From contig OX597827.1 in the NCBI GenBank assembly GCA_951406725.2, positions 5,208,001 through 5,272,000 on the forward strand: a stretch of 64,000 nt of DNA, read 5' to 3'. Shown in pieces: positions 13,591-26,262 of this stretch. Position 1 is the first letter of the stretch. Each line of letters starts with the position of its first letter. A model generated the notes under the pieces. That model searched no databases, was not told the origin of the DNA, and was given only the letters and a program-made list of their open reading frames with translations. The position numbers and the translations under genes were made by a program. This DNA is from Octopus vulgaris. Taxonomy: Eukaryota.

Positions 13591-15097
13591 CTAATATTGA
13601 AACAGCATCCAATTTATACTCTGAAATGTGAGGTATGTCTAATAATGAACAAGAGAAATTCTAACCATCACTGTAATCAGACAACATGTTGACAAATGTA
13701 ATTAGCTGTTTTTCTTTGTTTTTATCTCTGTGGATAGAAAGAGGTAGACTAGTTTTACAGTCTTTAGTGTATATTAACAAAGTGTATACATTACTAGACA
13801 TTCCAGATAAATCAACAAGCACTGTTTAGTACATCACTGATAAAAGCATGAACACACACACAAACACATAGCATATATTTGTGTGTGTGTGTGTGTGTGT
13901 GTGTGCATTTTGGTTAACGCATGTGGGTGTATAATATATACATATATGTATATGTTTGTGTATATACTCATGCACATGCTCACCTATATATAAGGAGAGA
14001 AAGAGAGAGAGAGAGAAGGAAAGAGAGAAACTGATATGTATGTGGATGTATATATGCATACATATATTCATATATATATATATGTGTATATATAAAATAG
14101 AAGGCGCACATACACGCAGGTATTTAATAGATAGGTAGGAAGGATGGATATATTTGAAGATATATTTCATAACTTAAGGAGCAGATTTTATACATGCTTC
14201 CTCATGAGCTATCTAATCATAAGAAATATCTTGAAATAATCTTTCTCTGACAATCCACTGAATGAACACAGAACTCTGTTCAGATACAAAATTCTTCAGA
14301 TATTCATATAAATAACTACCATCAAGGCTGATTACATTGGCTCTTCACGTTTTTTTTTCTTCATCCTTTTCTCCTTTCAAATAGGAAATAAGCTCTTTGG
14401 AGATAGGGTAAGCGGTGTCCTATTATTTTTATGGACATTGTATCAAATATCATTTAGCTTACAGAAATATAAAAGAAAGAGCGTAAATATTGGATTTTAT
14501 CATTTCATACAATTTCAGGTACAGAGAAAGAGCAAAGAAAAAAATTTCTATTTTGAAGGTTTTGTGGTTCAACTAATCATAAAAGTGGAGGAAAAAAATG
14601 CAAGCAAATTTGCAGTGTGAAGGCATCGTAGATGAAGATAAGAATAAAATAAGAAAACTACATAAAATCGCAGAAAATAGAGGTTCTTTAATTTCGTTCT
14701 GATCTGGAAAATTATTTTAAGTCAAGTTGATTCATCACACGAAACAGCTTTTTATCTTTGCCTCTTTCTAATTACATACCTCTTCTATTCTCTGTATAAG
14801 AATATGTAGAGTTCTTTCAGTTATGTGCATGTGTGTGCATGTTTCTATGTGAGTGTGTGTTTTAGTGTGTGTTTGTGTGTGTGTCTGTGTGTGTGTCTGT
14901 GTGTATGTGTGTGTGTGTGTGTATTTATTTATATATATATATATATATATGCATGTATGTATCTAAATATATGTATAGATATATGTATGTACATACATTT
15001 GAATATCATACATGTATATATGCTTATATACTATTGTAAATGCATATGCACACATACACACACAAAAAAAAGCACTCACATGTATGTATGTGAGAGT

Positions 15098-15166
<69 letters not shown>

Positions 15167-15590
15167 CATGTCTGTCTGTCTGTCTATCTACCTATCTATT
15201 TATCTAGCTAGCTATCTTTCTATCTAGTTAGCTATTTATCTGTAGGCATGTACAATTTCCCTATTCTCTTATTATCTGTTTTTTCTCTGTGTGTGTGTGT
15301 ATTTGATTTACACATACACACACACACACTCACACACTCACATATAAAGATGATGATGATGATGATGGACTCCTGCACTGACAATAACATGAACAGTTAG
15401 TTGTTAGTTCATATCAAAGATATTCTCATTGAATTGGAGGCTAATATGGCTGAGCATTCCACAGACACATTAACCACTAAAATAATTTTCAAATTGAAGA
15501 ATTGCCACACAGTGAGACAAGGCAGTTCCTTTGAATTAAAGCTACAGCAAATCTGACAATCTACTCATCAGATTTTATCAACCTGCTTAA

Positions 15591-15813
15591 CCCTTTTGAT
15601 ACTAACCCACATGAAACTGCCTCTGGCTCAGAGTACAAATATCTTGTTTTTAAAAGTTCTGATTTAAAATCTCCCACCAAACCTTAGTCACAATTAGTGT
15701 TCCTAACTCTAGCTTAATGATATAACTAAGTTATTTTACTAAATTCTTTGTTACATTAAAAATTAATTGAAAGAAACACAGAGCATCTCAACAGAAATAT
15801 GGTAACAAAAGGG
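15591..15813. mobile_element. TTAA-specific (piggyBac-type) MITE
   Basis: TTAA-ccctttt...aaaaggg-TTAA; 223 bp; second copy at 56093. Confidence 0.8.
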
Positions 15814-16340
15814 TTAACTCACAAGATTTGACAAAAGACATTTGCAGTAGATACCATACTATGGGATTGAAGAAAGGGGCTTTATATTTTTTTCTGGCAT
15901 TTTCATGGAGTTGAACTTGAACCAAATTTTGGTATATTTCTTGGCAACAATTCTGAACAAATTAATATTCCTGAACCAACTGAAGAGTAGCATCATCGTT
16001 TTTGAAGCTATTTCTCCAAAATGTTGTGAACAACATTATCAAATATAGGCAAAGCCAATGATGGCTGTTGATACATTATATTTTGAAAGTCTAGTTTGTA
16101 TCTTGCCTTTCAAATATACATCAGGCATGGATGTGGGAATGAACCTAAAGCTATATGTTTCAGATACATTTATCTCAGTGTTACAACTTGATGTGTCTCC
16201 TGCTATAAAATCTTAGGCTGACCAATTGTGCAACAGTCAACTTTGGAAAATGGAAACTCTATGGAGGTTCATTATGTATATATGTACACACATATATACA
16301 TATACATGCATATATTCATACACACGTTCACACACACACA

Positions 16341-16408
<68 letters not shown>

Positions 16409-16463
16409 CGTGTGTGAGCATGCATTTATGTGTATACAAAATAAATTTATATATATAATAAAT

Positions 16464-16502
<39 letters not shown>

Positions 16503-16510
16503 TCTCAAAA

Positions 16511-16667
16511 ATCATCATCATCGTTTAACGTCCGTTTTACGTGCTAGCACGGGTTGGACGGTTCGACCGAGGTCTGGGAAGCCAGGGGCTGCACCAGGCT
16601 CCAGTCTGATCTGGCAGTGTTTCTACAGCTGGATGCCCTTCCTAACGCCAACCACTCGGCGAGTGTA

Positions 16668-16668
<1 letters not shown>
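16511..16668 (-). mobile_element. RTE LINE 3'-end fragment
   Basis: Matches the 4168-4335 terminus (catcatcgtttaacgtccg...ggatgcccttcctaacgccaaccact). Confidence 0.8.
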
Positions 16669-16707
<39 letters not shown>

Positions 16708-16884
16708 TAAAAACACTGAATGGAACATTCTAAGTGCATCTGGATGCCTAACTGCGATGGATCATCAGGGTAACATTATTACATTCCGTTACAGAGATCT
16801 AATATCTGAAGTCAGACACATGGCAAGGTAATTCATAAACATTTAGAGAAGGAATCAAAAAGAATATGTCTGTATGCGTGTCTT

Positions 16885-16928
<44 letters not shown>

Positions 16929-17593
16929 TGCATGTGTTTTCACACTGTTTGCACTACTTTGACTGTGGAATATTCTGTACGTCATGTTTATGGCATTTTG
17001 CAGAAGTTCAATCTATGGAGACAAGAAATAAATTACATTACTTGAAAAGAAGTAAGTGGTGCCATTGAATTGGGCAACTGCTTATAAAATACTGCCTCAA
17101 AAAGTCAAATCCATCTCATGTCAGCATGGAAATAGTGGACATAAAATAATAATACTGATGCATATTATGTATAACTCATTTGTTTCTTATTATGGCTTGG
17201 GGTGGATGTGTTGTCAGCAGCCATGTATTTTCTTTCTGGGAGTATTTATGGAATGCTGTTCATATGTGTCATTTTGGCTTGGTTTTTATGGCTGGATGCT
17301 TTTCCTATTGCTAACTATCATATGGTGTGTACTGGTTGCATTTTCTTGAGGCACCAGCGATAGGGAGCTTGATATGTCCTTTGTGAGGTAATAATAAATG
17401 AACCTCAGAACACTGCCTTCTCTGCTCATTTGCCATCCATTATTTCACTGTATATTTTCATGGTACCAGCACTAGGGAAGTTGTCATGTTCTTGGTGAGA
17501 AAGGACTAAATCTACTTTTAAGGTTACTTTATCTTTGCTTTCTCACCAATTATTCTAGGAGGTGTGCAGAGAAAGAGAGAGAGAGAGGAGAGG

Positions 17594-17642
<49 letters not shown>

Positions 17643-18829
17643 CTTGTGAGTCTAGAAGGGCTTTCTAGTGTGGTACCAATGTATAAGGTATGCATGTGGC
17701 AAGATGTACTGTCATTCAGGTAATATGATTGAGGAGAGTAACAGCAGAAGGCCAGAATAGGTAGATGAAAGGAGCTAGAATAGGATGGTAGAAATAGTTA
17801 AACACACACACACACGAAACATGTATATGTACATGATACATGTATATATTATGAGAGCAGTTTCATTGAAAGCAGTAGTTTTAGCAATATGTATAATTTA
17901 TGAAATCAATTATTATTCTAATGAACAAGTAAACACATCAACTCTTCTAAGAGAATTTAGATGGAATCTGTCATATTTTTCTGAGTAGTTATCACTATAT
18001 GTCATCCACGCTCATTAAAAGAGGTGAAAATGTTGTGTAATAACAAGTTCGATACCAATATAAACATTCAAACAAAGTTATGATTATCTGGAAATATATC
18101 TTAAAATCAAAAAAAAAAAAAATTAAAAAATAAAGAAAAGACAGGTGAACCAACAGGTGCAATCTTACTTTGATAATTATGTAAGTTTTGTGTTTTAACC
18201 ATTATAGAAATATTTATTGGCAACTTCCTTAAATTTACCCTGCAATTCTATTTGTTTAAAGACACATTATGTGAAGCATTGTGAAACCTCTATCTTTCTA
18301 GATCATTAAACAATATAAAATACATTATAAAAGTTTCAGATGGAAAAGTCAGCATTTCAAATAGTCATTTATCTTATTCCTAAACAAGAAATGATATACC
18401 ATTTCCACTTGAATAATTCCTTAGATAGAGGCAATTCTTTTTAAAGTCTGTTGTCTTTTCAGTATTGGTAGCACATCATAGATTTCATTTAAAATTTTTT
18501 CTTTACTTTTCCATATAAACTTGCAATATTTTTTTTCTGTCTGCAAGTTGAATGAACAAAAAGATGAAGTAAAAAAAAAAAAGTTAGATGCTGAAGAGGA
18601 CATTTCTTTTCATTTTTTTTTTTTTCAAACAATAGTTTATCATTCAGTTTTCTTTTGCAAATTCTAAGGATTTCATTCCATCTGATTTTTTTTTAAATAT
18701 TAAAAATATGTTTCCATATAGGTATACCATATACGTGTACACAAACACACACACACATACACACATACGTAAATTTCCACTGGGAAAAAGGTTGACAGTA
18801 ACTTCGAAGTGCTAGTTTGCTGATTGTCA

Positions 18830-18873
18830 TCAGTCTGATGACAACTAGTAAGCTGAAACACTGAAGTCACTGA
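18830..18873 (+). ncRNA. Type I hammerhead ribozyme motif inside a fold-back element
   Basis: Stem I TCAGT/ACTGA; CTGATGA at 18835-18841; imperfect stem II; GAAAC at 18855-18859; GTC at 18866-18868. Confidence 0.5.
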
Positions 18874-19146
18874 CAACTTTTCATTGTAAAAATTAATATA
18901 TATATAACACTTTACTAAACAGTAATGAAGGATTTTTCAATTTGATCAACTGATTTTATTTATAATCTTACATGAAATCCAATACTGTTCTATGAATACA
19001 TATATGCATATTATGTATGTGAGTGTGTATATATATATATGTATGTATGTAATGTATGTATGTATGTATGTATGTATGTATGCATGTATGTATGTATGTA
19101 TAAAGATAGTTATGGCTGGTTTATAGGATTACCCAGGGTTTTGCAT

Positions 19147-19190
19147 CCATAGAGCGCTAGCTTTACATACATCTCATCAGGCCCTAATGG
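19147..19190 (-). ncRNA. Degenerate minimal hammerhead motif
   Basis: Minus strand ccattagggc-CTGATGA-gatgtatg-TAAA-gc-TA-gcgctctatgg. Flanks can pair, but the GAAA box is mutated. Confidence 0.3.
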
Positions 19191-19222
19191 CTGTTGACCG
19201 ATAACCTATATATAAATAGGTT

Positions 19223-19265
<43 letters not shown>

Positions 19266-19356
19266 TAGATATAGATATATATTCAGGTTTGATATATATA
19301 TATATTTATATATAGATATAGATACAGATTTAGGTTTGATATATATATATATGTTT

Positions 19357-19458
19357 TGGGCCTGGTGCAGCCTTCTGGCTTCCCAGACCTCAGTTGAACC
19401 GTCCAACCCATGCTAGCATGGAGAGCGGACGCTAAATGATGATGATGATGATGATGAT
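19357..19458 (+). mobile_element. RTE LINE 3'-end fragment inserted in a TA-rich minisatellite
   Basis: ccgtccaacccatgctagcatgg...ggacgctaaa(tga)n. Older similar tails at ~5600-5760, 6220-6320, 55205-55345 and 60190-60325. Confidence 0.8.
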
Positions 19459-19989
19459 AGATATATATTTAGGTTTGATATATATATATATATATTTATA
19501 TATAGATATAGATATATATTTAGGTTTGATATATATATATAGACATTTTAGTAGAGTTTGATAGGTGCCATTGCACGAAACTCTCGGAACTTGAGTCAAT
19601 CTGTTATTTCTGCTAAATATATGTATATATATAAACTGTTGACCATTAGAGTGAAGGATCAAATATGACTACTGCTTGTTGATGAGCTGCAAAGAGAATA
19701 TTATTCTTTTAGCCAAGCTTTTCTTTTGTAGCTTTTACTGCAATTATTGTCATTGTGTACTGACATCTGTTCATTTAGTTCATTTCTAATTATTACATAA
19801 ATCACAGGTGTATATTCTTTCACCTGGCAGAAATTAATTAACCTGCTTTGCTAATAGGGAACAGAAAACTTGAAATTTAGTGCTTTATTCTAGGGAGCAA
19901 AATGATGATAGAATATATTCCCCTCATCTGCCACAAAGATGCATTATGCAAGATATATGCAATGTGAAATTGCAAAACAATTTGCTACC

Positions 19990-20720
19990 GAAAGAAACTG
20001 TTATCTTTCACAAAGTTGAAATCCAAAGCATCATAGAAATTTGTCTGTCTATTGAAGATGAACACTTTACATTGCACACTTCTTCAACTTTACTCAATCC
20101 TAATGTAAAATATCAGAGATCAAAGAAGTTACAAAGATAAAGCTGCCTGCCAGGAAACCTGCTATCAACACCTATGATCAATGGCCTTTAAACTTACAAA
20201 TACCAGGCCCTCTCTACCAAAATATTAGGGAAATTTTTTATTTCCTCTCCCTTTATTAATGAGAAGGTAAACTGAGCTGACTTCCAAATGATTGAACTTT
20301 CTTAGCCATGATGTTGGATAAGTTTTAAAAAGTTTCAAACCATCATAACTATTTGACATGGAAGAGTGTGGCCCTTTTCCAATCCTCACAGCCATAGTCT
20401 AGGAGCGCTTCAAATCTTTCCACCACAAGAAACACTGACAGAGAGAGATGGCAAATGGCAGATTACTTCTGTAAAATAAAAACTACAACCAATCGAAAAT
20501 TACAACTATGCTGCTATAAAATGTACAAGATGTATTGTTGAATGAGATCTGCACTTTCATACAAACTGCATGCGTTCCCTCTAAGACTGATGCCAATGCA
20601 TATTGGACATGTTTATGAAACAAGCTCCCAAAAGCTGCAATGAGAATTGTCCTAACTGAATGTCTGCATATTTTTGTCAATTTCACCAAACAATGAAATA
20701 GTGAAATGATTATTCAGCTG
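19990..20720 (+). pseudogene. Possible very old pogo/Tigger transposase remnant
   Basis: Fragmentary, in-order matches: IPGPL (cf. ISGP.L), SH..LDKF.K (cf. SxGWLxKFK), FDMEECG (cf. FNMDETG). Heavily degraded. Confidence 0.3.
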
Positions 20721-20829
20721 ATCTTTGATTTAAAATTTCCAGTGAAATTGTTATATACACACTCATGCATATATGTGTATATAGATTATTATGCACATAT
20801 TTAGCTTTGCCTGAGTTAAAACACATTTT

Positions 20830-22070
20830 CCCATCCAACAGGAGTTAATAAGCTGATATTTTTACAGGTGTGTGTGTGTTATATGTGCATGTACAATTAA
20901 CCAAGTTCATTCCAACACTCTTCCTGTACACTTCACATGGGTACTTTCTTGACCTCTCCACATTCTCTACTATTTGCCATCACCTTCATGATTTTTGCAT
21001 CTATGTATTCCTTTTGCCTACTCCTCTTCTTTTTCAATCTGTTCATACTTTCTGTTATTATCACTACATCATCTGTGTCCAACAACTTCCATGGAAACTT
21101 TATTCTATGCTTGAGCCAGCATCTCCATCAAAACTAGAAATAGTTGTGGGTTTAATACTGATCCTTGACACACTCCAGCCTTTGTCTCCAACTCATCACT
21201 ATTCTTTCATTCATTGATATGGGTGTGTTTATCAACCATTTAAAGAGGACTATTAATTGATATGGCAGCTACATTAAAATTTATATAGCGTGAGCTGTAG
21301 GTAGAGTGAATATTGAGCCAGATGTTGGAAATAGCCTGAAGACAGGAAAAACAACTTATAACGTGGGAGACATTTTGAATGAAGAAGGTAAATCGGACTC
21401 AGAGGCAATGGCTAGTTTAAGATGCAGATCGAAGAAGTTGTGGGAATTGAGTTGTGTGTTAATGAAAAAGAAAGTGTTACTGAAAGAGAAAAGGAGGGTG
21501 TACGCTGCATGTATAAGCACCATATTATAGGAGAGTAAGACATGGATACTGAATATGAAGCAATAAGAAGGGTTGGGAAGAATAACGTGAGAATAGTTTG
21601 GTGTTTCTACTAGACTACGGGTTTTCTTTTACCATCAATCTATAGATCTCTGTCATCAGTCTCTGTCATCACTTCAACTTCTGGCTACATTTAATGTATA
21701 TCTCACAACCTGTGTCACGAACCACCTCCTTCTCTTCTTGTATTGCTTCCTCAACTTCTCTCTTTCTTCGCTGGTTCTAGAACTAAACTGTTCTGTGTTG
21801 CCATCCCATTCAGTTTCCACATTTAGTAACCTCTTAATGTATCTCTTCCACTTTCCCCTTAATCATTCTAACACTATAATAATTTGTTCCACTTCAACCT
21901 TTACAATTACTCTTGTGACATCACATCTCTTTTTTTATTAATTGTTTTCTACTTTTAAACGCCCATGCTGGACCCTCCCCACTGTCACTCCTTTCAGTCT
22001 TCACTACCTGGTCGGTATTTCATCAATTAAGTTTCCCTCTTACTTTCACACTCCAATCACTGATAACTAA
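20830..22070 (-). pseudogene. Old rearranged RTE LINE remnant (RT core on minus strand, C-terminal piece 21300-21600 on plus strand)
   Basis: Minus: GVCQGSVLNPQLF and FPWKLLDTDDVVII (degenerate QGSVLSP and YADD motifs). Plus: VGDIL...KRRVYAACISTIL*ESKTW, homologous to the 4778-5512 ORF. Confidence 0.6.
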
Positions 22071-22181
22071 ATGGTACAGTATAATAACCTCCACCATATA
22101 CTGTACCATTATACTGGGATTACCATACACACATGCACACACACATTATATATATTATACATACACACATGCATGCTCACA

Positions 22182-22226
<45 letters not shown>

Positions 22227-22351
22227 CCAGGTAAAAGGAGAGACTAAGTTCCTGGAGACTACTAAGCAACTGAGAAAATGAAGAAGGCAGAAAAGATACA
22301 TATGTAAATATATTTATATTATACATAAATACATGTGTGTGTATGTGTGCA

Positions 22352-22392
<41 letters not shown>

Positions 22393-23038
22393 ACACACAC
22401 ACACACACACACATACACAAACGCACATTCACATGTATATATACATATATTTCTTAGAATTAATTAGTCAAAAATACCAGCATGCAAAGTTTATAACACA
22501 TTAATACCCATCAATCATTTATCAGTATTAAAAATATTCTAAATCAATACCTCAACATTTTAAAATTGATTTTGTAAAACTAAAAACCTTTCCCTAACTT
22601 GTCTGATGATAAGAACTAGAATTAATAAATAAATAAATAAAAATAATAACAGGCAAAAATCCACATCATTTGAATCACTACGACATATCTGGACAAGTAA
22701 TTAAAACGATCAAGTTCATTCTTGAAGACTTGATATTCTGCCAATTTTACATCTAGGCAGGATATTCTTTCTTTTATTGATTTCTTTTTTCAGGATGCCA
22801 AGTGAATGGTGTCAATGTTTTGACTGCTACAGTCACATAATCTATATTCTTAGTGAACTATTAGTAACTAGATAAAAATAATACCAAGAAAATCTTTGGT
22901 CATAAAAACAGCTTTTCAAATTCAAAGAGAACATAGAGCAAAAGAAGTTATTTTAACTTAACAGAAATGGCAGACAGAATATTGAGTGAAATATAAAACT
23001 GAAACTATAGAAAAAAAAAAGAAATGTTTTAAACTTAC

Positions 23039-25417
23039 CTGGTGTGATCTCTGTGCCATGGTGTAGGTGTGCTTCACTGATGACAGTCCTTTCAGACTAT
23101 GAACTGATTTGTATTCAGATTCTGGTTCCCTTTTTAATAAGTTTGCTTGAGAATGTCTACTGTTGCCATGTTCTGTTACCATTGCAACAGGAACATCATA
23201 CTGAATTCTTTCATCAAAGAGCTTATTGGGATTGTTTAAACCTCCATTAAATCTGCTGTTCCTTTGGTTGTTTTTATGAATCATACATACTGCCATAGAA
23301 ATCACAATTGCAACTGATATAATCACAGCTGCTACAACGATGATAACCACCAGGTTAATATGTATCTTGTGGTCAGATTTTATATCAACAGATGTAAACA
23401 TCTTAGATGTTGTATTACTGACTGTTAATGCCACAGAGAGAATAGTTTTTGCAGACAAAACAGGAGTTCCACTGTCTTTGACTATTAACTGAAGATCATA
23501 TGACCCAGCATCGTTTTGATAAACTGTACGTGAATACGATATCACACCTGTATAAGGGTTGATTGTAAAGAGCTGCTTGTTGTTGCCTCCTTCTATTTCA
23601 TATTTCAAGAAAGCATTGACATGACTGTCTCTGTCAGAAGCTCTCAATACTGTCACCTCGTTGTTACTTTGAGGTTGGTAGTGAACATCCAGGCTAAAAG
23701 GGTTGACACTTGGAAAGGTAAAATAGGGAGCATTGTCATTTTTATCCATAACTTCCACAATGATATTAGCTGTGTTGTTGAGAGATGGTATCCCGTTGTC
23801 TCTTATTAAAACTTGGAACTTATAAACATCTCTTTGTTCCCGGTCTAATGATTCTGAAGTTGAAATAAATCCAAAATTAGAAATTTCAAAAGGAAGATTA
23901 TGAATTCCTTTACTTAAGAGAAAATATGAAAGTTGACCTCCAGCTCCTAAGTCTGGGTCGGAGGCATTAATAAAACCAACTGGAAAATTTGATTTCTCGT
24001 TTTCATATGTGAGAAATTTGAATGTATCTTTTGTGAATTGTGGCTGTACATCATTGACATCAGTCACTTGAATATTGAACTTTCTTTCAGTTCTGAGAGG
24101 TGGCGATCCTTTGTCCTGACAACTAATCATAAAATCAATATAGCTCTCTGATTCCCTGTCTACAGGGTTTTTTAAAACAACTTTGTATTTTTTTCTTCCA
24201 AGCTTTTGAAGCTGTAGTTTATCATGGTTGAGATCACATACCACTTCTCCATTTTGATTGACATCATTGTCACTTACTTTCACATAAGCAATAAAACTAT
24301 TGGTTTTGACACCTTCAGAAATTGTTGTTATATTGCCTATTGGCTCAGAGACAAACTTGACATCAAGAATTGGGGCATTATTTTCTCTGTTTATTATATT
24401 CACAAGAACCATTGCAGTAGAACTCAAGGGTGGACTTCCTTTATCAATGGCATCAATAAATAATTTGAATGTTTTTCTTTTTATTGATGGAAAATTTCTA
24501 GCTAAGAAAATCTTGCCTGATGTTTCATTTAAGTAAAATAATGTTTTTGCAAAATCGGAAGTTTTTGAACTGAAATAGTATGAAACTTTTCCATTTTCAC
24601 CCGAATCTAAATCTGTAGCATATACTGTAACAATTGGTGTGTATATGTCTTGTCTGTTGTTAATGGAGACATTATAAACGTTTTTGGAGAAAACTGGTTG
24701 ATTGTCATTCTCATCAGTGACAGATACATGAATGGTTAAAATACCCTGGTGTGATGGAGAGCCACCATCTTTAGCAATCACCTGAAGTGTATAAGTGGAA
24801 TTTATCTCTCGGTCAAGTTTCTTTTCTAGAACTATTCTTAGTTTTCTGGTACCATCTATCTTTTTGATGACTGACAGCGTAAATGGATCATTAATATCTT
24901 TCTTCAGTTGGTATGTAATTTGAGAATTTAGAAATCCAACATCATTGTCAATAGCATTTGGAATAGATTTTGTTGTTCCACTGCTATCAGTTTCATAGAA
25001 CTGAATATAGACATCTTTGCTTATAAATTCTGGCTGGTGATCGTTAACATCATCAATAATAACTTTTACTTCAATGACCTTCACAAAAGATTCTTTATGC
25101 CGAACAGCTACTTCCACTATTTTGAAACATTCTGTGTTGTATTTACAAAGTGACTCAGCGTCAAGCGTTTGAGAGGTATACATCATTCCATTTTTGCCAA
25201 CCTTAAACATTGGAGCATTTCCACTGAGACTCTCATGGAGTCTGCTGAATGTAATCCTATTTAAGTCTTCAGCATTGAAGCTGTTGTAGAGATGTGCATC
25301 AGAAGCTATGTTTCCTACCAGGGTATTAGGATTCTGACCCTCTTTCACATGGTAGGTAATGTCTATACATACTGATGTATTCAACATGATCACTAGTAAA
25401 AATAGTGTTATTGACAT
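23039..25417 (-). CDS. PCDH: Protocadherin, large coding exon (signal peptide, 6 EC repeats, TM, proximal cytoplasmic tail; 793 codons to the splice donor, or 819 aa to the stop at 22958 if unspliced)
   Basis: Cadherin motifs DVNDHQP, DENDNQP, DVNDVQP, DKNDNAP, LDRE/VDRE, AxDxD and DxGxP. EC1 has the protocadherin Cys-X5-Cys motif (CKYNTEC). TM helix INLVVIIVVAAVIISVAIVISMAVCMI. Consensus donor CAG|GTAAGT after Q793, where the ORF turns into T-rich intron-like sequence. Family-level symbol only. Confidence 0.95.
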
Positions 25418-25499
25418 GTCTTGAATGTCAAAGTGTCAAAGAAAGAGTTTGGATCCAAAAAAAAAAAAAAGTGAATCAGACAAAATATTTCAAAGCAAT

Positions 25500-25520
25500 C
25501 TGAAAATGGAAGATAGATAA
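25500..25520 (-). promoter_or_regulatory. Splice acceptor in the 5' UTR of the protocadherin coding exon
   Basis: Minus strand reads ttatctatcttccattttcag|ATTGC, with a polypyrimidine tract, about 80 nt upstream of the ATG. Confidence 0.6.
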
Positions 25521-25974
25521 TTTAATTGTGAAAAAATGTCGAGATTACATTGATTGTTACATATTTTGTTTCAAAATATATTTCAAGTTACATTTTAGAA
25601 TCAATATAAAATCTTTCCTGTATATAAAATGAATCGTGAATATAAAGAAATTATTACTACCAAACTAAAAAAGAAAGAAAGAAAACAATAATCCAAGCAG
25701 TTTTATTAACTTCGAGGAAAAAATATTTCAAATGAAAATAGATTAAAAGGAAAGTTATACAAAGAGAAATAAAGGAAGCAACAACGGTCATAAAACTAAA
25801 TAATATAGGCACACTAAATATATATGAAAATAAAAATGAGAGAAACACATAGTGATAGATCAAAAGGGGAAAAATAGGAAAGAGGAAACATACACTTATA
25901 AGAATGATAATGGCCAAGATATCTACATAAAGTGAGAAAAAAGTCTCTTGTGAAGTCAATACAAAAGTACATAT

Positions 25975-26262
25975 TTGCCTAGATGTCTAATGGATTGCTG
26001 CCATAGAAATTTGCTGAGTGGCTTTGCTGTCAGAGAAAAACGGGAAAAGATAGCATTATTAGCTACTGAGATATATGAGGAAGAAAGAGGTATTTCCAAA
26101 TCCTTCTGGGTCGAAAATGGCGAAGTTAGTGTGGAAGAAAATTGCATATTTTTGTATGCATCAAAAGAACTCTCGCAGGGACAGTAGGTTGCCAAGGAGA
26201 CATGATAGGCTGTCAAGGAGACAGTAATAAAATTGCTGTAAATGTCTGTAATAAAATTGCTT
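25975..26262. promoter_or_regulatory. Candidate cis-regulatory module 0.6-0.8 kb upstream of the protocadherin ATG
   Basis: YY1-like AAAATGGCG at 26114-26122. RFX X-box-like GTTGCCAAGGAGAC at 26188-26201 with a tandem copy at 26209-26222. Motif matches only. Confidence 0.25.

Noticed and set aside
19211-19545. aggtttgatata... units repeated with variable spacing (CRISPR-like at a glance)
   Set aside because: The spacers are TA/GATA microsatellite, the context is eukaryotic and there are no cas genes; it is a minisatellite.
20198-20468. Minus-strand segment bounded by ttttacag and gtaagt as protocadherin exon 2
   Set aside because: Phase 0 gives an immediate stop (AAG TAA), and the region looks like a transposase fossil on the other strand.
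22958-23038. C-terminal 26 aa of the 819-aa ORF (VSLKHFFFFSIV...)
   Set aside because: Begins exactly at a consensus splice donor and is T-rich; most likely intron read-through, kept only as a possible alternative.
23044-24536. Plus-strand ORFs overlapping the protocadherin
   Set aside because: Short antisense shadow frames with no recognisable motifs.
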